Source: Macrostomum lignano (lineage: Eukaryota). Taken from it: DNA of 64,000 nt. The notes below the pieces were generated by a model, which did no database searches, had not been told where the DNA came from, and worked only from the letters and a program-made list of their open reading frames with translations. Of the stretch, positions 25,826 through 37,242 are shown one piece after another. Both the position numbers and the translations under genes were made by a program. The stretch is from NCBI GenBank assembly GCA_002269645.1, contig NIVC01001348.1, positions 1-64,000 on the forward strand, read 5' to 3'. The stretch's first letter is position 1; every line of letters starts with the position of its first letter.

Positions 25826-27190
25826 TCTAACAGGTGATACCTATGCATAACAGGTGATACCTATGCATAACAGGTGATACCTATGCATAACAGGTGATAC
25901 CTATGCATAGCAGGTGATACCTATGCATAACAGGTGATACCTATGCATAACAGGTGATACCTATGCATAACAGGTGATACCTATGCATAACAGGTGATAC
26001 CTATGCATAACAGGTGATACCTATGCATAACAGGTGATACTTATGCATAACAGGTGATACCTATGCATAACAGGTGATACCTATGCATAACAGGTGATAC
26101 CTATGCATAACAGGTGATACCTATGCATAACAGGTGATACCTATGCATAACAGGTGATACCTATGCATAACAGGTGATACCTATGCATAACAGGTGATAC
26201 CTATACATAACAGGTGATACCTATGCATAACAGGTGATACCTATACATAACAGGTGATACCTATGCATAACAGGTGATACCTATGCATAACAGGTGATAC
26301 CTATGCATAACAGGTGATACCTATGCATAACAGGTGATACCTATACATAACAGGTGATACCTATGCATAACAGGTGATACCTATGCATAACAGGTGATAC
26401 CTATGCATAACAGGTGATACCTATGCATAACAGGTGATACCTATGCATAACAGGTGATACCTATACATAACAGGTGATACCTATGCATAACAGGTGATAC
26501 CTATGCATAACAGGTGATACCTATGCATAACAGGTGATACCTATGCATAACAGGTGATACCTATGCATAACAGGTGATACCTATGCATAACAGGTGATAC
26601 CTATGCATAACAGGTGATACCTATGCATAACAGGTGATACCTATACATAACAGGTGATACCTATACATAACAGGTGATACCTATGCATAACAGGTGATAC
26701 CTATGCATAACAGGTGATACCTATGCATAACAGGTGATACCTATACATAACAGGTGATACCTATGCATAGCAGGTGATACCTATGCATAACAGGTGATAC
26801 CTATGCATAACAGGTGATACCTATGCATAACAGGTGATACCTATGCATAACAGGTGATACCTATGCATAACAGGTGATACCTATACATAACAGGTGATAC
26901 CTATGCATAACAGGTGATACCTATGCATAACAGGTGATACCTATGCATAACAGGTGATACCTATGCATAATAGGTGATACCTATGCATAACAGGTGATAC
27001 CTATGCATAACAGGTGATACCTATGCATAACAGGTGATACCTATGCATAACAGGTGATACCTATGCATAACAGGTGGTTCCTATGCATATTAGGTGATGC
27101 TTATGCTTAACAGGTGATACCTATGCATAACAGGTGATACCTATGCATAACAGGTGATACCTATGCATAACAGGTGATGCTTATGCTTAA
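25826..27190. repeat. Highly homogeneous 20-bp satellite (CAGGTGATACCTATGCATAA)n, about 68 units
   Basis: Direct reading; only scattered single substitutions (e.g. TACATAA). Confidence 0.97.
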
Positions 27191-27296
27191 CAGAGAGGAT
27201 TGGGTCAAGCAAATATCTAACATGACCCATTCCCTTCACATTCTATTACTTAGAGGTATATCAAGGTTTTAGCCCAGGTTCAAGGTTCAAGGTTCA

Positions 27297-27600
27297 AGCC
27301 GTAGCCCAGTGGTTGAGCGCCGCGCTCTGATGTTTCAACGGCCCAGGCTCGATTCGAAATGCAATCCCACTAATTTGGGGCTAAATTGGAATCTCGGCTT
27401 GGCTCTGCTCGTGCAATGATGGCCAACCCTAAGACACATTGAAGTGTACACGCCTTCCCGTGTGAGTGTGTGCCTGTGAGTATGACTGCGTACGTAGCCG
27501 CGCACTTGTATGCCTGCTCAGGGGAGTCGGCGGAATGGGCAGCAATGCCTCTCGCCGGTTGTGTGACAATGCTGTTTAAAGTGCGCCAGGGTGCACACAG
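27297..27600 (+). mobile_element. tRNA-derived SINE family A, copy 2
   Basis: GCCGTAGCCCAGTGG (A box) and GGCTCGATTCG (B box); body homologous to 10772-11121 but lacking about 30 bp internally. Confidence 0.8.
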
Positions 27601-27798
27601 TCCCTGCCTCTACTCGTAATATAAAGAGAAAACCGGTAAAGCAATTCACAATACTATTTACTGTCTAAGAAATAAAAAATATTAGTGACAGAATTCTTGT
27701 CTTTCCCATGCAGTCTGACACCATTAGTTTCGTTCTCAAGACAATTGTTTCCATAGACGACTGGCTAACAGCCGCATGTACGGGAATTAGCAATAAGA

Positions 27799-30700
27799 CT
27801 ACAGGAAGGCGTCAAACTCCTGCTTGAAGTTATTCTTCTGATTCAGACTCTGCCTAGTTGAGTCTCCGGATGCCTCATCAAATTCATTAGCGGCCGCCCT
27901 CGCCGCCCCCGCAAAGTCCACAGATTCGAAATCTTCGAAGAGTCCGTCGAAATCGAAGCCGGCGTTGGAGCGGCCGGGCGGCCCATCGTCGTCTTCGCCG
28001 GGCCACCGGCCGGCGGCGCGGGCCGGACTGTCGGGCCGGCGCTCGGCCAGCTCGCGTTGCCGCCTTTGCTCAGCAACAATCTGCTCGATCTCCGCCGCGC
28101 TCAGGTAGAAATCGCCGTCGTCAGCAACCGGCACAGTCTCCGCTCCGACATCGTCGCCTTCCAGACTCTCCGCCCCAGCTGACGGAGTCGTCCGACCGGA
28201 ATCGGCGCCCGCTCGGCAAGTCTGGGGCGTCGGCGGCGACAGCGGCGGCGACTGGTCGCTTCCTGAGCTGACAATGACCGCGTCGATGTAGAAACTGTTG
28301 TCGAATTGCTGCGGCATCACCAGGTCGGCGCCGACAGACGCTGGCCAAGGATCGTCGCTGTTGCTGTCATCGTCGACATCCTCCGGCAGGGTGTGCAGCG
28401 GCGGCGGCACCCGGGCCCGGACGATCTCGCCGGCACTGATGGGGAAGGCCGGCCAGCAGCTCTCCAGTTCCGCATCGTCGGCCCCGGCGTCGGTGCAGCA
28501 GTCCACCTGGTCGTCCGGATCGTCGCCATAGTTGTTCGACGTCGTTGTAGCGACGGAAGCCGTGCCAGCGGCGGCGGCCTCTTTGATGTTGAGCGACAGA
28601 GCCCGGCCGGGGTTTGGTGAGAAGACCGGAACGGCTCGAATGCGTTGGATCTGCTGCTGCTGCTGCTGCTCCGAGCCGGGGCCTTCGGCTATCGAAGCCG
28701 CCGTGGAGGCCGCCGCTGCCGCCGCTGCAGTAGAGGCGGCCGCTGACGAAGCAGAACGCTGGCCGCGGTAGACAGAGCCCATGAGGGTGCAGCGCTTCTG
28801 GAACTGTTGCATCGCGCAGTACACGTCTGCGGGGCGGACGTGGGGAAGTGATGTTGGAGTTTGAGCAGTAATTTGGTCACTGACTGGCGCTAATCTAGGC
28901 CAGGAAACCTTTACGAGTCTTGGTAGTCGTGAATCAACAAGGAGCAGGCCAGCAGATTAGTAAGATGCAATCTGGCCCAGACAGATCATGACCCAGGAGA
29001 GAAGGCCATAAGCCACAACAGGAATTAACCAAGAAAATAAGCATAAGGCAAATTAACATACGCTCGTAACATTCGTTCGCTAAAGTGGCCTGTTTGGATA
29101 AGCCCTGTTCCTTCACAGGTCGCAGCAGCCGAGGTCAGGAATCGCCAGGTGCGTGGCTGGGATTACACTGCTTTTTTGAGGAAAAAACACACTTAGACTG
29201 ATGGGAAGAGCCCGACTCCCCCTCCCCCCCCCCGCGGGGCAGTTCGCGATCCCGTGATTCCGGCTCTAATATGATTATGCCTCATAGAGGAGCCTGAGGG
29301 TTGGGAAGACGGAGAGCCCCCCCCCCCGATTTACCTGTGCGCATTTGCCTAATTGGGGGCGAGTGCCTGACAAGAAAGAATTACAGGAAAGAGTCGCAGA
29401 ATTATTATTAGGGGAAATCGCGAGCAGGAGAGGCTGGGCTGAGGCAGCAGCGAAGCGAACAAGATCTGTTCGCTGTTTGCTCAAGTCAAAGAGAAATTTT
29501 TCCGCAAGCATAGCTGGGGTGATGGTGGGCATGAGGTAAAAAAAGGGGGGCTACACTGCACTCAAGAAAATTAAGATCTTGATGGGTGTGATAAGAAATT
29601 CTATCTTCAAAATTATCTTTATGAGGTTCCTCATTGCTATGGGGAATGCGAAGGCTTTTTATATTCCTAGTGGTTAGAGCGTCGGACTCACGACTTGAAG
29701 GTCGGGGGTTCGATTCCTGATCCCACTGGAACGATTTGTGTCCTTGAGCAAGACGCTTAACTCTGCACTGCTTCAGTTCACCCAGCTGTAAAATGGGTGC
29801 CAGCATTAGCTGGGGTAATTGGGGCTGTGTGTGGCGACCCCCCAGTCCTTGGACTGAACAGCCGTACGCAGCCGTCAGATGCGCCGTGCAATAGCTGCGG
29901 CTGAACTGTCGGTTGCACATCTGGGCCTATTGGGGAAGGTGCAATCAATTGTTATTCTTATTTTTTTATTGTTACATTCCTAGAATACAGCATTTACTTT
30001 AATCTCATTCCGTGGAAAATGCCTAGATGGTAAATTCAGTTTGATGATCGGTCATACAGTGAGACCCCACCCTATGACCAAGATGGGAAATTCAGCTTGA
30101 TAGTCGGTCATGCAGTGAGATCCCACCCTATGACCACGATGGGGAATTCAGCTTGATAGTCGGTTATGCAGTGAGACCCCACCCTATGACCAAGATCAGA
30201 AATTCAGCTTGATAATCGGTCATGCAGTGAGATCCCACCCTATGACCAAGATCGGAAATTCAGCTTGATAGTCGGTCATGCATAGCCATTTTATAGCCAA
30301 GCAAGCTACTCAACCAACCATCAGCTCGACTATTTCGTCTGGAGTAGGCGCCGATCACGTGACGATATCTGACGGCCACCGCCCAGAGCGAGTTGGGCAG
30401 CACGATGGTCTCCAGCAGCAGCAGGATGATGTACTCTGAGCCGCTCCGGCTGGGCCATGCCACCAGCGCTGAGAAGTCCAGAATCTGTTGATGTTGTTTA
30501 CGTGAATCTTTCTTAGAATCCGTGATAATGGACAGAATTAGAAGGCAGCGTTTCTTGAAAATCTTTTAAAGACTCAAAAACTTTTGTAGCATCAAAAAAT
30601 AGGTCGCTACCGTTTCTTAGAGAAGGGAAGAGGAGAGGAGAGGAGAGGAGAGGAGAGGAGAGGAGAGGAGAGGAGAGGAGAGGAGAGGAGAGGAGAGGAG

Positions 30701-33700
30701 AGGAGAGGAGAAGAGAGGAGAGGAGAGGAGAGGAGAGGAGAGGAGAGGAGAGGAGAGGAGAGGAGAGGAGAGGATGGGATAGTAGAGGAGAGGAGAAGAG
30801 AGGAGAGGAGGGGAGAGGAGAGGAGAGGAGAAGAGAGGAGAGGAGAGGAGAGGAGAGGAGAGGAGAGGAGAGGAGAGGAGAGGAGAGGAGAGGAGAGGAC
30901 AGGAGAGGAGAAGAGAGGAGAGGAGAGGAGAGGAGAGGAGAGGAGAAGAGAGGAGAAGAGAGGAGAGGAGAGGAGGGGAGAGGAGAGGATGGGATAGTAG
31001 AGGAGAGGAGAGAAGAGGAGAGGAGAGAAGAAGAGAGGAGAGAAGAGGAGAGAGGAGAACTGAAAATAAACACAAACATTGAGCGGGCCGGATTGCTATT
31101 ATGAAGTTCAAAGGTCCCGAGGTCCAGATACAGAGGCTTATACGCTCGTAGCGGGCCGCACGGGGACCGCAGGCCGGAGTCTGCCGACCCCAGTTCTACG
31201 AGGTCTACCATGATTGGCAAATTATCCCGGGAATCGAGCTCGGGTCCTCAGCCACAAACCTCCGGCAAAATGGCATGGATTTGCATTGGAGCTCCAACCT
31301 CAGCTGCGTCAATTGATGCGGTCAGTGAAAGCTTTTTCTAAGAAAACAAAATTTGCAGGCCGTGAAACGCAAGGCTGCATGGGAACGCAGGCCGCTGGTC
31401 ACTTTGACCCGCAATGACCCGCGTCGATGTTTACACTCGCCGCTCGGATCGAATTCCGTCGTCGTGCCCTCCACCCCCACCCACAATTTTTCTCTGAACC
31501 ACCTTGTTTGGGGAGGCTGGCGCTGGCGACAAAGGGAGAAAAAAGCTATATTTTTTAAAAATGAGGGGCGCTGCTGCGAGAAGATAGGCGACTGGAGACC
31601 ATGCAGGCAAAAGAGAGGGTGAGAGAGATCGATCGACATCAACCCCCCCCGTTGTCCCCCTGTCATCGCCCCAATGGCCAACATAGTGTCCAATGTTGAT
31701 GGTGCTGAAGGGTCCAAGCCACCCCAGTTCAACTGCATGAAGCCAAGGAGATCCACAGCCAGAACTTAATTCTTGCCCAACCTTACTTTTCAAACAACTG
31801 TCTTAAATTTTGGCTTAATAAATTTTTCATAAAATAACTTTGTATAGCTTCATTTTTTAAAGCTCAATACAATCTTCACATTATCCGGTAGAGCAATACC
31901 CGGTATTCTGGTCAGGAGCTTTTAAAATACTATTTTTGCATTAAATCGGCCTAGTTGTCTGACAAAGAGTTGGCGACTCCAGACTCCTGGGGTCTGGGTC
32001 TCCTTGTCCCGGCGCATAGCACACTTCAGCCTTTTGTTGTTTAAATAAGCGGCACTGAAACAAGACCAGTTTACCGCACAGGAAATGAAGAGAAAGTTGA
32101 ATTGCTTTGCCACTTCGGTTTTGGCGGCTTGTTTATTGACTGTGGACCGAGTGACTGACATGAGTAAAAAAAGAAAGTGTTGCATATCTGACCGTTTCTA
32201 AATTTCTGTTGACATTGACAACACAACTTATACTGTAAGGTGGAAAACCAGTGAGGCGTCACCCATGGAAACTGGCTGCCCATTAATGCCGATCACGGGT
32301 CACCGGTTTCTCATCTGATTATGCAACTTGCAGCTCCTCTCTTTGGCCGCCAGGTTAACCCGGTTTTTCCTATGATGGGGCCAGGCGGAGGCTGGAAAAT
32401 TGATAAGAGAATGTCCTGCGCGCCAGATTCAGTTTGGTCTCAAATATTGGGCACAGGGTTTCGATTGAATTTGCGGGAGACTCCGCCCCAGGAGTTGATT
32501 ACATTATGCTTACAGATTCCTGAAATTCGAGTAATACCAATATTTCCTTGACTCTACTAACTCTAAGTAGTGTTTAAAGAAAATAAAAAACTATTTTGTT
32601 TCTTGTTTCTTCTGCAACGTACTTATTTCTTAGAATCAGTAGCATTTTATGGTCCTTTTGACGTTTTCATCCTTTAAATATAAGACATTTTTGTTCCTCA
32701 ATTAGGCTAACAATTATGAAAATTTAGTAATGTTGAATTTGAAATGCATCAATACTTTAACAAGCATCAGTTAAAGGACAATTTTTTTTATAAAATTGTT
32801 ATTGAAGTTTCAACTTCCAAATTCCATATTCCATATTCAAAATCCATATTCCATATTCCATATTTCATATTCCATATTCCATATTCCATATTCCATATTC
32901 CATATTCCATATTCCATACTCCATATTCCACATTCCATATTCCATATTTCATACTCCATATTCCACATTCCATATTCCATATTTCATACTCCATATTCCA
33001 CATTCCATATTCCATATTCCACATTCCATATTCCATATTTCATACTCCATATTCCGTTTCCCACACCCCGCACACCGGCTCACCAGCATGGGCAGGTGGT
33101 TAAAGAAGAACGCGATGGCGTTGGCCAGGCTGGTCACCCGCCAGGCCTCCCAGGCGTGCTTGCGCGCGTCGAACTCCGCCGAGAGGCGCAGCTGCTGGCC
33201 GGGCTTCGTCGATACGGCACTACCGCCGCCACCGTCGTCTGAGCCGCCGCCGCTGCCACCGGCGCTGCTACCAACAATGCGAGTGACCATCTCCTGAGCT
33301 GGATGGCGAGCTCGTCGCAGGTGCAAGAAGCTGTCCAGACTGCAGGCTGCGCAGATGAAGCCGGAGGCTGCGTTGCAAGCGCCGATGATTATCGAGTAGG
33401 TGAAGTCCAGCTGGCTGGGCAGAAACCGGCAGCGCAGGCTGGCGTCTCTGGGATCGGTTGAAACTCGAACCCAGAGGTTGACGGGCACAAGGCCTGTGAA
33501 TTCGGAAGAGGGGGAGGGGGTTAAATGCCTTTTTAAATTAATTCCATTGGAAATAAGCACTTTTAAGAATTTTAGAACTTAGAGTTCTAAAAATAGCAGC
33601 CAATTAAATCGATGACCGCTGCTTCACTATCTAAAAATAGCAGCCAATTAAATCGATGACCGCTGCTTCACTATCTAAAAACAGCAGCCAATTAAATCGA

Positions 33701-34846
33701 TGACCGCTGCTTCACCATCTAAAAATAGCAACCAATTAAATTGATGACCGCTGCTTCACCATCTAAAAATAGCAGCCAATTAAATCGATGACCGCTGCTT
33801 CACCATCTAAAAATAGCAGCCAATTAAATCGATGACCGCTGCTTCACCATCTAAAAATAGCAGCCAATTAAATCGATGACTGCTGCTTCACCATCTAAAA
33901 ATAGCAGCCAATTATAATTCATCCTTCATTAGGCTAATTATTAGTTTCTAATTATCGATTACATTTCGATAAATGTAATTTAGTGATGTAGTGAACTTCT
34001 CCGAAAGTCCATGTGTACATAATGATCCGTCATGCGATTGATCATAATTATCGTTTATCGTGTCCTACAGCGATTAAGGAAAATTTAATAATAAGGGACA
34101 ACTCAACCTCATGCATTGTACTGTATTCTGTGTATTCTGTGGTTTTGACTGTGGGCTGTAGGCATTGTCGAAAGAGTCACCAAATGTTATTGATGTTGCA
34201 TTTAAAGGTTAGACCTTCAGGAACAAAAAATGGTCACCCGTTAGTTCTCTGTCCTACTCTTTTCGAATATTACTTTTCACAATATGATGGCGTGATTGCG
34301 ACGACCTTGGGGAATCCCCAAAGGTCAGCGCCCACCTCACTCTCACTGGCGCGATAGGTGGGCAGTTGGAGACACTTTCTAAAAATAGCAACCAATCAGA
34401 TCTCCAGGGCAGCCTGAAGAAGCCTTCTCACCAGTGACAAAAGCGGCGCACGACCAGACGCTAACGATGAGCAGCGGCTTCACCTTGTTTGTCACCCAGC
34501 CGTTGTAGACCGGGCCGCCTTCCTTTCGCAGCAGGAACAGCCGATCAACGGCAAAGAATGCCGTGCCCAGCAGCGACACCAGCAGAGACGAGTGCAAGCT
34601 GAACACGAACAGGCGGCAGGTGACCGCCGACCACGGGATTCCCCCAAGCACCACGCTGATGAGCAGCGGCGCAGCTAGCAAGGTGTACAGCGCGTTCCTC
34701 AGCATCAGGCCGGCCAGGCAGATGTCCAGGCTTCTGAGCAGGCCTCGGAAGTGCAGCAGCAGCAGGCAAAAGAGACCCAGCGATGGCACCGCCAGAACTA
34801 ACAGGGAGAGCCAGGCTATGGCCTCCTGCCTGTAGAACTGTGCCAT
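27799..34846 (-). CDS. Class A orphan 7TM receptor, GPR153/GPR162-like, 4 coding exons, 672 aa, long acidic low-complexity C-tail
   Basis: Exons 34846-34432, 33493-33084, 30484-30319, 28826-27799; phases 1,0,1 join in frame (2019 nt). Seven hydrophobic segments: [34 protein letters not shown]...[66 protein letters not shown]7/helix-8 LPxxLWxxxRYR resembles GPR153/162 from recall; no search was run. Confidence 0.8.
29665..29945 (+). mobile_element. tRNA-headed CORE-like SINE family B, near full length, in GPCR intron 3
   Basis: Head TAGTGGTTAGAGCGTCGGACTCACGACTTGAAGGTCGGGGGTTCGATTCC (A and B boxes); central GTGTCCTTGAGCAAGACGCTTAACTC...CTGTAAAATGGG resembles the MIR/CORE domain; second copy at 49561-49766. 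Confidence 0.85.
30030..30285. repeat. 56-bp tandem repeat, about 4.5 units, next to the GPCR exon-3 donor
   Basis: GAGACCCCACCCTATGACCAAGATGGGAAATTCAGCTTGATAGTCGGTCATGCAGT. Confidence 0.9.
30615..31193 (-). mobile_element. hAT/Charlie-like element copy 2 containing an expanded (TCTCC)n tract (about 30625-31058)
   Basis: The reverse complement begins CTGGGGTCGGCAGACTCCGGCCTGCGG and shares internal sequence with 9175-9395 before running into about 430 bp of TCTCC repeat. Confidence 0.6.
32818..33056. repeat. 7-bp repeat (ATTCCAT)n beginning about 27 nt from the GPCR exon-2 donor
   Basis: Direct reading. Confidence 0.93.
33587..33912. repeat. 44-bp tandem repeat (7.5 units), each carrying a MEF2-consensus CTAAAAATAG
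   Basis: Units start at 33587, 33631, 33675 (variant CTAAAAACAG), 33719, 33763, 33807, 33851, 33895; unit CTAAAAATAGCAGCCAATTAAATCGATGACCGCTGCTTCACCAT. Confidence 0.93.
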
Positions 34847-35439
34847 GCTCTGTCTACTGCTTCTATTTCTTGCGGAGTTTCTCTCTGTATTTTTGCTGCT
34901 TTTAGCAACTGTAGCTACAGAAGGAAGGCTTTCTCCTTTTCCATAGGGTGGAGTCAAGAGCATTCAAGAGCCGAAATGATTTTTTTCTCGCCTTGGTCCT
35001 TTGCCCCCCCCCCCCCTGTTTCTCGCTTTCTCAATTTCTGCGCTATGCTAGCAGAACTCCAGTTTGAGCACAAATTCAGCTTAAGCGAGTAATCCGTACT
35101 GAACCAAATCGATAAGTTTTTAGCGGGGGTTAGAGAGAGAGAGAGAGCAAAGCCACCGCAAAGCTGCTCAGCGAGGCATGATGTAAGAACAGTTTATTAG
35201 GTTTACAATCTCAAGCTGATTTGGTTTCAACATGCATTAATAAATGCGAGTGCGTGCGTTTTTGACGTACCTTCATAAAATTTGCAGACACTGCATGAAT
35301 TCCAAACTGAGGATAAGACGACGCCCAGGGTCTCAGAGGTCTCAGACTTTGCCGTTGGACTCCTTGTGTTGCGAAATCTGAACTAGAACAAGAGCGAATA
35401 TCGGAAGCAGAACCAGACAAAACAACCAGAAATAGAAGA

Positions 35440-36215
35440 AAAACAGGAATAAAAATAAAAAAACAACACAGAAAAGTGACAAAAAAGAACAAGAACGAGA
35501 ACAATATAGCGAGAGCAAGAACCACAACCAGAACCAGAACAAGAGCCAGAACCAGAACAAGAGCCAGAACCAGAACAAGAGCCAGAACCAGAAAAGAACC
35601 AGAACTAGAACTAGAACAAGAACGAGAACCAGAACAAGAACCTGAATCAGAACCAGAAAAAGAGCAAGAGCAAGAGTCAGAGTCAGAACCACAACCAGAA
35701 CCAGAACAAAACACGAACCAGTACAAGAACCAGAACCAGAACACGAACCAGAACAAGAACAAGAACCAGAACCAGAACAAGAATCAAAACCAGAACCAGA
35801 ACAAGAACAAGAACAAGAAACTAGAATAAGAGCCAGAACCAGAACAAGAATCAAAACCAGAACCAGAACAAGAATCAAAACCATAACCAGAACAAGAACA
35901 AGAACCAGAACAAGAACAAGAACAAGAAACTAGAATAAGAGCCAGAACCAGAACAAGAATCAAAACCAGAACCAGAACAAGAATCAAAACCATAACCAGA
36001 ACCAGAACAAGAACAAGAAACTAGAATAAGAGCCAGAACCAGAACAAGAATCAAAACCAGAACCAGAACAAGAATCAAAACCATAACCAGAACAAGAACA
36101 AGAACCAGAACAAGAACAAGAAAAAGAAACTAGAATAAGAGCCAGAACCAGAACAAGAATCAAAACCTTAACCAGAACAAGAACCAGAAAAAGAACCGGA
36201 ACCGGAGCAAGAACA
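35440..36215. repeat. Compound (AGAACC/AGAACA)n purine-rich hexamer repeat between the divergent GPCR and troponin T genes
   Basis: Direct reading, with about 90-110 bp higher-order duplications. Confidence 0.93.
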
Positions 36216-37242
36216 CGAGAGCTTAAGGGCAATTTCCTTCGATCACGTGTGACCTGATTCGTGAACTAATTGAAATTCAAACTAAATGTCCTTATGATTA
36301 AGACCAGATAAATGATTAAAATTTCGGAGCCACGCAAACGGAAACTTTCCCTAAGACAGCAAAAAATCACTGACAAAGGTTCTGACTATCGCCAGCTTAG
36401 CTCGTACGAACCGCAATTTAAACTGTCAAAGTACGCACTATTCAAGTGGAGAACAAATTCACTGTTTGGAAAAAACAAGTCGCTATTTTGCTATGCTGAA
36501 TGAATTCCGCTAAGGCCTGCTTTGCCGTTGACATTTCGCTGCTCCGCAGGCATCCCTTCACTTTTCTTCGCTCTCCCCAATGCCCCAAAATCCCTTCGGT
36601 TTCGAAAAGGTTTTCATAAAAAGCAACAGGCGCGCGCGCGCGCGCACGAAGCGACGTTCAAATGCCAGAGAGGCTTGACGTCCGACCCAGCGAGGCTCTG
36701 TGTACAAAACAGGACCAACCCCGGAGCCAACGCTGCCATTGATTTCATTGCTTCAAGCCAGACAGAGCCAGCCGTCGGCATTTTCTTTGCTTCTAGTAGG
36801 AGCGCAGGAAATGCAAGTGTTCGTTGCCAGTATCGATCGACTTGCCGACTGTGCGGTGCGTGGCATGAAGCACAGAGAGAGAAGGTTAGCCTTAGCATCC
36901 CTCAAGGCCACTAAAGTTTCCCTTGCATACAGAATATGCCCCTCCAGCATAAGGGGGGGGGGCTACCAGTGGCACAATTTCTGCAACGCGACGATGCAAT
37001 TCGAAGTCCACCACCACCACCACCACCACGCCCCCGCGCCTTCCCCGCGGACCCTCCTCCCCACCTCCACAGGGGGGATGTCAGGAATGGGAATAAATGC
37101 GCAGACACTTACTGGCGCGGCCATCCCGCCCGCTTTTCCCGACGCTTTCCGCCCAGCCGAGCCGAGCAAAACATTTCTTTAATATCAACTTTCTCTCTAG
37201 CTTTCTGTTTGTCGGCAGAGCCCAGTTGTCAACAGCGAGTCC

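Noticed and set aside
23230-27190. Regular repeats that might be CRISPR arrays
   Set aside because: Head-to-tail monomers with no unique spacers, no cas genes, eukaryotic context.
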